A DNA stretch of 64,000 nt from an uncultured Oscillospiraceae bacterium. GTDB lineage: Bacteria; Bacillota; Clostridia; Oscillospirales; Oscillospiraceae. Positions 56,801 through 64,000 of this stretch are shown here, in pieces. Location of the stretch: the NCBI GenBank assembly GCA_964535405.1, contig CAZHUG010000004.1, positions 7,392 to 71,391 of the forward strand, given 5' to 3'. Position 1 is the first letter of the stretch. Each line of letters opens with the position of its first letter. Under the pieces are notes generated by a model that had not been told where the DNA came from, searched no databases, and saw nothing but the letters and a program-made list of their open reading frames with translations. A program made the translations under genes and the position numbers.

Positions 56801-57498
56801 TGGAATGGGAAAACAAAGAACCGGACGGCTACTATGCCGTGGGAACCCATACCGTTAGTGTGCGGGCCAGAGATGCTGCTGGACTGTATTCGGAATGGGC
56901 ATTCAAGACCTTTAGCATTGAAAACTCCGCTCCTTCTACGCCCGTCATCCATCGATCGCCCGGCGGCAACAGCGTGGTACCGGGAACCTCTGTCACCATC
57001 ACCGCCTCCAGCTCTGACCCGGAGGGCGATGCCATCACCCTTGTGTGGGAGGGCAGAAACGCCGAGACGCAGACCTACCCGCTGGGCAAAAACGTGGTGC
57101 GTGTCAAGGCAGTGGATTCCACCGGAGCTGAGTCTCCCTGGGCAGCCATTGTATTTTTTGTGGCGGATGCCACAAACGGTGGTGGTATGACCCTCACCGG
57201 TCCCGAATCTGTCATACTGGAAAACGGGTTGGAGGGCGCCACCATCACAGAATACACCTTCACCGTACCTCCCGTCAGCGGTCACAACGGCAGCGATTAT
57301 GGCCGTGTTCGCGGCTACAACAACCTGACCGGGCAGTGGGATCAGCTCGATTATGGAACCACCAATAACGGCATCACCTTCCAAAGAACGCTGGGCAGCG
57401 GCGTGTACAGCAAGCTGGAGTTCTACTATTACACCAACCACAATTGCATGTACAACAAGTCCAACATCACCTACTCGGTGACTTACCACTTTGAATAG
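53821..57498 (+). CDS. SLH-anchored surface repeat protein (putative adhesin), 1225 aa
   Basis: Signal peptide, three SLH-like segments, seven Ig-like repeats of about 90 aa, three PKD-like repeats of about 80 aa, and a Tyr-rich C-terminal domain of about 110 aa. Confidence 0.8.
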   Translation: MNIKMKRPLGILLVVCMAVSLIAGSAYAVNRHFEDAKGHWAEEAIQALAEKGVIHGYPDGLVHPDEIITRAEFAALVARTLELPEPAEGDTPFLFPDLSGHWAEGNVETLIAVGIIQQKDFGESFLPDQPITRMEIIRMLVRAIGKADHDPSCPCNIGFSDDGGLSDGDKACICTGKEYGIVDGYPDGTVQPSGNATRAEAFEMLVDTEKAKEQVKQEDKDRTEDQPSDSGSGSSYAPAPQFRFTLPEAIYAGDEINIQAERKHVAGVTWTVLKNGLPAALSDVLEGELTAKGGTIRFKDTGSFTLIATAKNSRGRTATCEQTLSVYPVITAAFTLPEIAHTDTSVPVELAAEHLGANQVVWSLTRDGKAVTLPDAMDGELDQSGGTVLFREKGSYTLTASITDECDKTIAASSSVTVFPVAEVKITLPATSHTDKTVELSTEIKEADGLTVAYTLIRNGDAVEISEFIEGEPAGGSIRFKEKGVYTLTASITDPTGRVFTDTANITVYPLGSAGFYLPEIFHTDHTITVEATFGEIGSRTAQWSLTRDGETMPLTVAAEGTLNNSGGQLRFHSKGNYVLKAEFTDDGGRTYRYEQGFTVYPVPVVSYSLPEHAHTDSDISVQTETTDLEGLKVEWLVDNTYGFQDFATYVEGSLTNDGGMIRFKRAGIYELVARVTDGTGRVFLFEPGDRCEVLPVLTIGFELPELAYTDTVIDLRSHGNNNVLPVEWTVTRDGKSIPLTEAFSGTLNTQGGKITFSAEGNYVLTATMTDYLKRSYSHSENIRILPVVQYTFTMPQTVHYGTELEVAATDVQHLSSYTVVWSLERNGEVADYDGTLDANGGKIAIRDTGTFVLTASITDSAGRVASHSETITVTNTAPDAPTLIVEPTRDTKDGKFLVNFSSSATDPDGDKITLEWDGTTADSYYTVGTHIIRVRAKDVAGAYSQWTEKSFTIVNSAPTVTLTAEPTRMVQGDKFLVNINAEASDADGDQTTLEWENKEPDGYYAVGTHTVSVRARDAAGLYSEWAFKTFSIENSAPSTPVIHRSPGGNSVVPGTSVTITASSSDPEGDAITLVWEGRNAETQTYPLGKNVVRVKAVDSTGAESPWAAIVFFVADATNGGGMTLTGPESVILENGLEGATITEYTFTVPPVSGHNGSDYGRVRGYNNLTGQWDQLDYGTTNNGITFQRTLGSGVYSKLEFYYYTNHNCMYNKSNITYSVTYHFE
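54541..56448 (+). repeat. Seven tandem divergent coding repeats (about 270 nt each) inside the adhesin gene
   Basis: Each unit reads F.LPE..HTD..i.v......W.l.R.G.......eG.L...GG.I.F...G.Y.LTA.iTD..GR........i.V.PV. Confidence 0.8.
56449..57168 (+). repeat. Three tandem PKD-like coding repeats
   Basis: N(T/S)AP....... A.D.DGD.ITLEW......Y..G.H...VRA.D.AG.YS.W..K.F.I.N. Confidence 0.75.
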
Positions 57499-57518
57499 GC
57501 AGGAGGATGCATTTTATC

Positions 57519-57971
57519 ATGACAGGTAGCGGCGCTGCACAGGCGGCGCTATTTTTATGTCTTCTAATTTTGGCTTCTGTATGGGATCTTCGAAAAAGAG
57601 AGATTCCCGACACGTTGAACACCCTTCTGTTTTGTACCGGATTGCTGTCCTTTGCGCCGGATAAGCTGGCGGGCATCCTGCTGGGCTTACCACTCCTGAT
57701 TGCTGCCCTTGGGAAGAAGGGTGGCATGGGCGGTGGTGATATTAAATTCACCGCCGCCGCAGGCTTTGTGCTGGGACTCCCCGTGGGAACCGCCGGGCTG
57801 ATTCTCGGCCTGTCGGCCGCTATCCTGTATCATCTGGCCATTTACGCTATCCGAAAGCTTAACAGCATGAAGCTGCCAGCGGCAAGTCAAACCAGCTTGC
57901 CGCTGGCTCCCTTTTTATCCGCAGGCTTTATCACTGCGTACTTTATGAATTATGGAGGTCTGTTCCTATGA
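57519..57971 (+). CDS. A24-family prepilin peptidase (CpaA/TadV-type)
   Basis: WDLRKREIPD and GGGDIKF supply the two catalytic Asp. Polytopic. ATG 57519 is preferred because ATG 57507 abuts the SD. Confidence 0.75.
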   Translation: MTGSGAAQAALFLCLLILASVWDLRKREIPDTLNTLLFCTGLLSFAPDKLAGILLGLPLLIAALGKKGGMGGGDIKFTAAAGFVLGLPVGTAGLILGLSAAILYHLAIYAIRKLNSMKLPAASQTSLPLAPFLSAGFITAYFMNYGGLFL

Positions 57972-58093
57972 AAAAACTGAGCAAAAGAAATGTCATCCTC
58001 GCCGCCGGCATTGCCATCCCTGTGCTGGTCACTGCCGCACTCCTCCCAAAAGCCATGGGGCGATTTCGGCGTGGAAAATCGGTTTGTCGCTGA
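57968..58093 (+). CDS. Possible 41-aa single-pass membrane protein
   Basis: ATGA overlap with the peptidase stop. MKKLSKRNVILAAGIAIPVLVTAALLPKAMGRFRRGKSVCR. Below the track cutoff. Confidence 0.3.
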   Translation: MKKLSKRNVILAAGIAIPVLVTAALLPKAMGRFRRGKSVCR

Positions 58094-58127
58094 GCATCGC
58101 TACTAAAAAGCAAGGAGGAAATAATTG

Positions 58128-58943
58128 ATGAATTTTCTGAAAAACCGCACTGTGCTGGGGGTTCTCTGCATCCTTCTGTCGCTGCTGATCTGCTTTGGCA
58201 TAACCCCGCTGTTTCAAAAGGCAGTCAGCGAAAAGGCAGAAATTATCCGTGTCGTGAAGGAGATCAAGACAGGCGATGAAATAACCAGCGATATGGTGCA
58301 GGTCGTAGAGGTAGGGGGCTTCGGCCTGCCCGACAATGTGATCCGCCAAGCGGATACCGCAGTGGGCAAATACGCGGCAGCCGACCTGTCTGTCGGGGAT
58401 TACATCCTGAGCACCAAGCTATCGGATACCCCCGCTCTGGAAAACGCCTATCTGCACAATCTGGATGGCAGCAAGCAGGCCATATCAGTCACCATCAAGA
58501 GCTTTGCAAACGGCCTTTCGGGCAAGCTTGAAAGTGGCGATATCGTTTCGGTCATCGCTCCCGATTACAAAAAACAGGGTGCCACCGTGATTCCGGCTGA
58601 GCTTAAATATGTAGAGGTGATCACCGTGACTGCCGCCTCCGGCTACGATGCCAATCAGCGTGAGAATGAGGCATCCGATGATCGGGAGCTGCCGGCCACC
58701 GTCACCCTGTTGGTCTCTCCGGAGCAGAGCAAGGTGCTGGCTGAGCTGGAGGCTGACGGCAGACTTCACCTGGCCCTCGTTTATCGCGGTGATTCAGCCA
58801 ACACCGCTAAGTTTATAGAGGCACAGGATCATGTGATTGAAGCCTTGTACCCTGTGGAGCCGGCACAAGATAACTCCTCCGGATCAGAATCTCAGGAGTC
58901 GGAGGAAGGGGCAGTACCCAAAACAGAAAGTGTGGTGGAGTAA
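58128..58943 (+). CDS. Flp pilus assembly protein CpaB/RcpC-like (SAF domain)
   Basis: N-terminal TM helix, then VKEIKTGDEITSDMV. ATG lies 9 nt after AAGGAGG. Confidence 0.65.
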   Translation: MNFLKNRTVLGVLCILLSLLICFGITPLFQKAVSEKAEIIRVVKEIKTGDEITSDMVQVVEVGGFGLPDNVIRQADTAVGKYAAADLSVGDYILSTKLSDTPALENAYLHNLDGSKQAISVTIKSFANGLSGKLESGDIVSVIAPDYKKQGATVIPAELKYVEVITVTAASGYDANQRENEASDDRELPATVTLLVSPEQSKVLAELEADGRLHLALVYRGDSANTAKFIEAQDHVIEALYPVEPAQDNSSGSESQESEEGAVPKTESVVE

Positions 58944-59758
58944 TGCTGAACTTTAAGAAAAACGGCATCTTTACACGCCGCACCGTAGAGGATGAAGCAC
59001 CCCCAGAGCAGTCCTCTCAGGATGGAATGCTGGCTGTTTGGGGCTCTCCCGGCAGTGGCAAGACGGTTACAGCCGTAAAGATAGCAAAGCACCTTGCCGA
59101 CCGGAAGAAAAACGTGGTACTGCTGCTCTGCGATATGACCGCTCCTATGTTGCCCTGCATTTGCCCTCCCTCCGAATTGGAGTGTGAGCATTCGCTGGGC
59201 AGCATTCTTGCCGCCGCCCATGTCTCCGAACCGCTCATCAAGCACAATTTGGTGACGCTCAAGAAAAATAGTCACCTTACCCTCCTCGGGATGAAAAAAG
59301 GAGAAAACGAGTATACCTATCCTCCGTATTCCGAGGTGCAGGCCAAAGAGCTGCTGGACGGACTGCGAGAGATTGCTCCCGTGGTGATCGTGGACTGCGG
59401 GAGCTATATCGCAAATGACATCCTATCCGCCGTGGCACTTATGGAATCGGACAGTGTTTTGCGGCTTGCAAATGCCGACCTAAAATCGGTGAGTTATTTG
59501 TCCAGCCAGCTTCCTCTGCTGCGGGACAGCAAGTGGGATGCGGACAAGCAGTACAAGGTGGCCTCAAATGTAAAGCCATGGCAGGCTGGAGAGCAGATCA
59601 GTCAGGCACTGGGCACGGCAGCCTTTACACTGCCATACTCAAAAGAGCTGGAAGAACAATATCTGGCGGGAAATCTACTGACAGATCTGTCCCTCAAAGA
59701 CAGCCGCCAATTAAGAAAGGAAATCGATAAAATCTGCCGGGAGGTGTTTGGTATATGA
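58943..59758 (+). CDS. P-loop ATPase, TadZ/CpaE-like
   Basis: AVWGSPGSGKTVTAVKIAKHLA; position immediately upstream of CpaF. Confidence 0.55.
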   Translation: MLNFKKNGIFTRRTVEDEAPPEQSSQDGMLAVWGSPGSGKTVTAVKIAKHLADRKKNVVLLLCDMTAPMLPCICPPSELECEHSLGSILAAAHVSEPLIKHNLVTLKKNSHLTLLGMKKGENEYTYPPYSEVQAKELLDGLREIAPVVIVDCGSYIANDILSAVALMESDSVLRLANADLKSVSYLSSQLPLLRDSKWDADKQYKVASNVKPWQAGEQISQALGTAAFTLPYSKELEEQYLAGNLLTDLSLKDSRQLRKEIDKICREVFGI

Positions 59759-61104
59759 AGTCACAAAGCCTGTTCTTTACCCCGGAAACCGAAGGAAAGG
59801 ATTTCTCCACCGTACTGGCTGATGTGCAGTCCTACATCTCCACCCATTACAGCGCCCTCATCACCGGGGATATTGCTGATGCCAAAGCGCAGATGATGCG
59901 ATACATCACCAAATACCTGCAGGACCGGCGTATCTCGGTAAACGGTATGAGCGGCGATCAGCTTGCCGATGCCCTATATACCGAAATGGCCGAGTTCGGC
60001 TTTCTCACCAAATATATCTTTGGCACTGGCATCGAAGAAATTGACATCAACTCCTGGCGGGATATTGAAGTTCAGTATTCGGACGGCCGCACCGTTAAAC
60101 TGGAGGAACGCTTTGAGAGTCCCCAGCATGCCATCAACGTCATCCGCAGGATGCTCCATGTCAGCGGCATGGTGCTGGACAATGCCAGCCCCATTGTACT
60201 GGGGCATCTGAGCAAAAACATCCGCATCTCCGTCCTCAAAAGCCCCATTGTAGATGAGGACGTGGGTGTGGCAGCAAGTATCCGAATCGTCAACCCTCAG
60301 AGCATGAAGAAGGGGGACTTTATAAATGGCGGCACTGCCACAGAGCCGATGCTGGATTTTTTGTCCCTGTGCATTCGCTATGGCATTTCGGTGTGTGTGG
60401 CGGGGGCAACAAGCTCCGGCAAGACCACGGTGGCGGGTTGGGTGCTGACCACAGTTCCCGACAACAAGAGGATTTATACCATTGAAAACGGCTCTCGTGA
60501 GCTGGCGCTGGTGCGTGAAAAGGACGGCAGGGTTGTAAACTCCGTGATCCATACCCTGACCCGTGACAGCGACAACGACCGTCAGCGCATCGACCAGACC
60601 AACCTTTTGGATTATGCGCTCCGCTTTAACCCGGACATTATTGTGGTGGGTGAGATGCGCGGCGCTGAGGCAAACGCAGCACAGGAGGCCGCCCGAACTG
60701 GCGTGGCGGTGCTGACCACCATCCACTCCAATTCCTGTGAAGCCACCTACCGCCGCATGGTATCCCTGTGTAAGCGCGCTGTGGATATGTCCGATCAGAC
60801 GCTGATGGACTATGTCACCGAAGCCTATCCCATCGTTGTGTTCTGCAAACAGCTTGAAAATAAGCAGCGCCGTATGATGGAGATTCAGGAATGCGAAATC
60901 TGGCCCGACGGCACACGGCATTTTCGGCCGCTCTTCCAATACATCATTACAGAAAACCGTATGGAGGACGGAGGCTTTGTCATTGAAGGACATCACAAGC
61001 AGGTTGACGTTATCTCGGACAGCCTTGCCAAGCGTCTGCTGGAAAACGGCATGCCCCAGCCGCTCATCAATCGGCTTAGAGGAAAGGAGGCGGTCAGTGC
61101 ATGA
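59755..61104 (+). CDS. CpaF/TadA-family pilus/secretion ATPase
   Basis: Walker A VAGATSSGKTT, Walker B IIVVGEMRG, His box TIHSNS. Confidence 0.85.
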   Translation: MKSQSLFFTPETEGKDFSTVLADVQSYISTHYSALITGDIADAKAQMMRYITKYLQDRRISVNGMSGDQLADALYTEMAEFGFLTKYIFGTGIEEIDINSWRDIEVQYSDGRTVKLEERFESPQHAINVIRRMLHVSGMVLDNASPIVLGHLSKNIRISVLKSPIVDEDVGVAASIRIVNPQSMKKGDFINGGTATEPMLDFLSLCIRYGISVCVAGATSSGKTTVAGWVLTTVPDNKRIYTIENGSRELALVREKDGRVVNSVIHTLTRDSDNDRQRIDQTNLLDYALRFNPDIIVVGEMRGAEANAAQEAARTGVAVLTTIHSNSCEATYRRMVSLCKRAVDMSDQTLMDYVTEAYPIVVFCKQLENKQRRMMEIQECEIWPDGTRHFRPLFQYIITENRMEDGGFVIEGHHKQVDVISDSLAKRLLENGMPQPLINRLRGKEAVSA

Positions 61105-62030
61105 CCACTGTGCTTCTGATTGCCTGTATCGGTATGATTACAGGTTCTTTTATTCTCATGGGACTTTCTCCGCAGGAGTTCACAGCCTCGGTGTTTTCCC
61201 GACTCACCGACAAGCCAAGGTCAATCCGGGATGAAATCAATGAGGCGACCCGCAGAAAAAGACACTCCTATCTGCGCCGAGAAATTATCGAGGCGCAGGC
61301 CGTCCTAAAAGTGACCGGGCGGGAGAAGCGTTTCCCCATGCTCTGCGCCCTGTCGCTGGCATTGTTTGCGGTGGGCGCCTCCATCGCCATCATGCTGGGC
61401 AACCTCTTTCTCATTCCTGTCATGGCGGTGGGACTCATGCTGTTGCCCTTCTGGTATGTACGCCTGACACAGAGCAACTATAAGAAAAATATCTCCGCCG
61501 AGCTGGAAACCGCCCTCTCCATCATTACAACCGCCTACTTGCGCAATGAGGACATTCTCACGGCAATGGAGGAAAACATTACCTACCTAAACCCGCCTGT
61601 GCTGTCGGTGTTTCGGGGATTTTTGTCCAGAGTCAAGCTGGTGGACCCCGATATCACGGCCGCACTCCATGATCTCAAAGTCCATATTGAAAACCCGGTA
61701 TTCCACGAATGGTGTGATGCCCTCATTGCCTGCCAGCACGACCGCAGCCTGAAAACCACGCTCACACCCATTGTCGCAAAGCTCAGCGACATGCGTGTGG
61801 TCAATGGCGAGCTGGAGAATCTGGTGTTTGAGCCGAGGAAGGAATTCATCATCATGCAGGTGCTGGTGGTGGGCAATATCCCGCTGATGTACTTTCTCAA
61901 TCCGGATTGGTACCATACCCTGATGCACACACCGCTGGGGCAGATTATTCTCACCATCTGCACAGCCGTGATCTTCGTCTCTACGGCCTTTGTCATCAAG
62001 CTCACCCAGCCCATTGAATATCGAAGATAG
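61101..62030 (+). CDS. TadB-like platform protein (type II secretion F family)
   Basis: Polytopic, follows CpaF with an ATGA overlap. Confidence 0.6.
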   Translation: MTTVLLIACIGMITGSFILMGLSPQEFTASVFSRLTDKPRSIRDEINEATRRKRHSYLRREIIEAQAVLKVTGREKRFPMLCALSLALFAVGASIAIMLGNLFLIPVMAVGLMLLPFWYVRLTQSNYKKNISAELETALSIITTAYLRNEDILTAMEENITYLNPPVLSVFRGFLSRVKLVDPDITAALHDLKVHIENPVFHEWCDALIACQHDRSLKTTLTPIVAKLSDMRVVNGELENLVFEPRKEFIIMQVLVVGNIPLMYFLNPDWYHTLMHTPLGQIILTICTAVIFVSTAFVIKLTQPIEYRR

Positions 62031-62039
62031 GGGGACGTC

Positions 62040-62912
62040 ATGACAATCCATCTCTTTTTATTCGGAATCCTCCTCGCCGCAGGACTCTTTTTTATTGCCG
62101 CCGATTTGCTGCGTCTGCCAACCCTTGCCACTCAAAAGGCAATGCTGGCGATGGGCAAACAGGCCAAGTCAAAACCAAAGTTCACAGACACCTTACTCCA
62201 AGGTGCCGCTGTCAGGTTATCCCGCTACATCCGCATGGATGAGTACAAGAAAATCCGCGTGCGAAACGTGCTGTCGGCGGCGGGACTGAACACAACACCG
62301 GAGCTGTTCACCGCCTCAGCCATTGTCAAGGCGGGAGCCTTGGGGCTGGGGATTATCCCCGCCCTCATGATTTTACCGCTGCTCGCACCCATCATTCTCA
62401 TTCTTGCGGTTCTTGTGTACTTCAAGGAAATCAGGAGAGCCGATGAAGCTCTATCCATCAAGCGGAGCAAGATCGAGCAGGAGCTGCCAAGGTTTGTGGC
62501 CACCATCAGCCAGGAGCTGAAGGCCAGCCGGGATGTGCTGACCATGCTGGAGCATTTCAAGAGCAATGCCGGGGAGGATTTTGCCGCCGAGCTGGATATC
62601 CTCACGGCCGATATGCGCTCCTCCAGCTACGAAGCGGCGCTGACCCGGTTTGAGTCACGAATCAATTCGCCCATGCTCTCGGACATCACGAGAGGGCTCA
62701 TTGGTGTGCTTCGCGGGGATGACAGTACCGTTTATTTTCAGATGCTCTCCCACGACATGAAGCAGCTGGAGCTCCAGCGTCTCAAGGCTCAGGCCATGAA
62801 GATCCCGCCAAAGATTCGTGTATTCTCTTTCGCCATGCTCATGTGCTTTCTGCTGACCTACATGGCGATTATCATCTACGAAATTCTCACATCCCTCGGC
62901 GGTATGTTCTAA
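62040..62912 (+). CDS. TadC-like platform protein
   Basis: Polytopic paralogous architecture downstream of the TadB-like gene. Confidence 0.6.
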   Translation: MTIHLFLFGILLAAGLFFIAADLLRLPTLATQKAMLAMGKQAKSKPKFTDTLLQGAAVRLSRYIRMDEYKKIRVRNVLSAAGLNTTPELFTASAIVKAGALGLGIIPALMILPLLAPIILILAVLVYFKEIRRADEALSIKRSKIEQELPRFVATISQELKASRDVLTMLEHFKSNAGEDFAAELDILTADMRSSSYEAALTRFESRINSPMLSDITRGLIGVLRGDDSTVYFQMLSHDMKQLELQRLKAQAMKIPPKIRVFSFAMLMCFLLTYMAIIIYEILTSLGGMF

Positions 62913-62924
62913 GGGGGTGACCAT

Positions 62925-63323
62925 GTGCTCAAACAGATTTTAAAAAATAAGCGTGGCGAGGGATATATCGATGTGGCAATCCTGGTGCTTTGTGCCATGC
63001 TGGTCATTGCCCTTGCCGTGCGGGTGTTTCCCATCTACATTGCCAAGCAGCAGATTGACACCTTCGCCTCAGAGCTGATCCGAGAGGCGGAAATCGCAGG
63101 GTGTGTGGGAACCGAAACCAGCCGGCGTGAGCAGTTTTTACAAGAAAAGACCGGACTGAACCCCACTGTCACATGGTCAAAGAACGGAAAAATCCAGCTC
63201 AATGAAGAAATTACGGTGACGGTAACCTACCAGACCGACATCGGACTCTTCGCGGGCTTCGGTTCGTTTCCAATCACCCTTCGGGCGGATGCGGCGGGCA
63301 AAAGCGAGGTGTATTGGAAATGA
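62925..63323 (+). CDS. Minor pilin/pseudopilin (DUF4320-like) with a prepilin motif
   Basis: GTG start 7 nt after AAGGGGG. MLKQILKNKRG then EGYIDVAILVLCAMLVIALAV. Confidence 0.5.
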   Translation: MLKQILKNKRGEGYIDVAILVLCAMLVIALAVRVFPIYIAKQQIDTFASELIREAEIAGCVGTETSRREQFLQEKTGLNPTVTWSKNGKIQLNEEITVTVTYQTDIGLFAGFGSFPITLRADAAGKSEVYWK

Positions 63324-63868
63324 TACAGAAAATCCAAATGGCTCTAAAGGATAAAAGCGGTTCGTCCTTCCCACTTGTCATTGCCGTAACCCTCGCACTG
63401 CTCCTTATTTTCTGCGGCATCTCTGAGTATTTCCGGCTGATGATTATCGCCCAGGGTGTGCGGGATGCCGTGCAGGACGCAATCATCTCCACCGTGAACG
63501 ACAATTACGATGATGTGTACCACGGTGTCCGAGAGGGGTATTCGGGAGCCTATCAGCCCATTGCCGGAGACTTTGAGGAATCTCTGGATTATGGGGATAT
63601 CTATGACCGGCTGGACAGCATCCTCGGTCTTGCTCAGAATGGTGGTTACCATGAAAAACGCACCGCCGAAGGAAAGCTGGAGTTTAAGGTGTGGGATTTG
63701 TCGATGGATATTCGAAACGCGCCCTTTGCGTCAGGTGATCAGGCATCATCCCGCTTTGAAGCCGACAGCACCATACTGCTGGAGGTGCCCGTATCCTTTG
63801 GCGGTAAGCTTTTGCCTCCTATGCAGATCAAAGTGAAAACCAGCGCCGGATATATACCAAAATTTTGA
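63320..63868 (+). CDS. TadE/TadG-like pilus assembly protein
   Basis: KSGSSFPLVIAVTLALLLIFCGISEY matches the TadE N-terminal pattern. ATGA overlap with the previous gene. Confidence 0.5.
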   Translation: MIQKIQMALKDKSGSSFPLVIAVTLALLLIFCGISEYFRLMIIAQGVRDAVQDAIISTVNDNYDDVYHGVREGYSGAYQPIAGDFEESLDYGDIYDRLDSILGLAQNGGYHEKRTAEGKLEFKVWDLSMDIRNAPFASGDQASSRFEADSTILLEVPVSFGGKLLPPMQIKVKTSAGYIPKF

Positions 63869-63971
63869 CAGGACACGAAATGTTTTCTATAATATGGATA
63901 GACTTCCGAAAGCTCTTGTGGTAGGGTGTGGCTTGAAGAAAGCTATCAGAAACTGACAGGAGGGCACCCTC

Positions 63972-64000
63972 ATGAAAAATATGAACAGCAAAACAAAAAA
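63972..64000 (+). CDS. 5' end of a further element gene (cut by the window edge)
   Basis: ATG 63972 follows AGGAGGG. Only MKNMNSKTK is visible. Confidence 0.3.

Larger units (their letters stand above)
43031..64000. mobile_element. Left part (at least 21 kb) of an integrated conjugative-type element inserted in a tRNA gene; the right end lies outside the window
   Basis: tRNA remnant at the junction, abrupt compositional change, and all genes co-oriented on the + strand. Content is excisionase-type HTH genes, a defence pair, an orphan methylase, ICE-typical small proteins and a Tad-type pilus locus. Confidence 0.65.

Noticed and set aside
54541-57168. Tandem repeats as a possible CRISPR or non-coding repeat array
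   Set aside because: The repeat units are 240-280 nt, divergent, in frame, and inside one continuous ORF with Ig/PKD-like sequence patterns.
59974-60996. 340-aa minus-strand ORF inside the CpaF gene. Similar cases are 56653..57489, 53794..54267 and 55138..55539 inside the adhesin gene
   Set aside because: They lie antisense to genes with strong motifs and lack an SD and any recognisable domain.

Overview
This looks like a high-GC Clostridia-type chromosome segment; the taxon is inferred only from gene content and composition. No searches were run, so every family assignment rests on motifs read by eye.

Positions 1-42.9 kb are core or lightly accessory genome:
- a truncated lipoprotein with a solute-binding-like C-terminal half
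- a four-subunit 2-oxoacid:ferredoxin oxidoreductase operon
- deoC
- infC-rpmI-rplT behind a leader with an attenuator
- efp
- a TPP riboswitch controlling thiT
- rpsF-ssb-rpsR
- hemZ, pyruvate carboxylase, proBAC and ansA
- an IlvD/Edd-family dehydratase
- a lower-GC patch of small redox and Cys-rich proteins with XRE and YafY/WYL regulators
- an Fpg/Nei homolog
- a minus-strand operon combining a sugar-type ABC importer with two signal-peptide-less phosphohydrolases (an NPP-family phosphodiesterase and a 5'-nucleotidase)

At about 43.0 kb a truncated tRNA-Ser-like 3' remnant, still followed by its native terminator, marks the left junction of an integrated conjugative-type element. The element runs past the window end (at least 21 kb). 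The visible part carries:
- two excisionase-type HTH genes
- an AT-rich AbiL-like ATPase + RloB defence pair behind a consensus promoter and a 22-bp perfect palindrome
- a terminator-delimited island of small uncharacterised proteins plus an orphan Dam-type methylase; four proteins in or next to this island end in the same QEQ..P.MGGM tail
- a Tad/Flp-type pilus locus without a secretin: pilin, prepilin peptidase, CpaB, a TadZ-like ATPase, CpaF, TadB, TadC and pseudopilins
- a SpoVG homolog and a 1225-aa SLH-anchored repeat adhesin, both sitting inside that pilus locus

No rRNA, CRISPR array, IS element or intact tRNA was seen.
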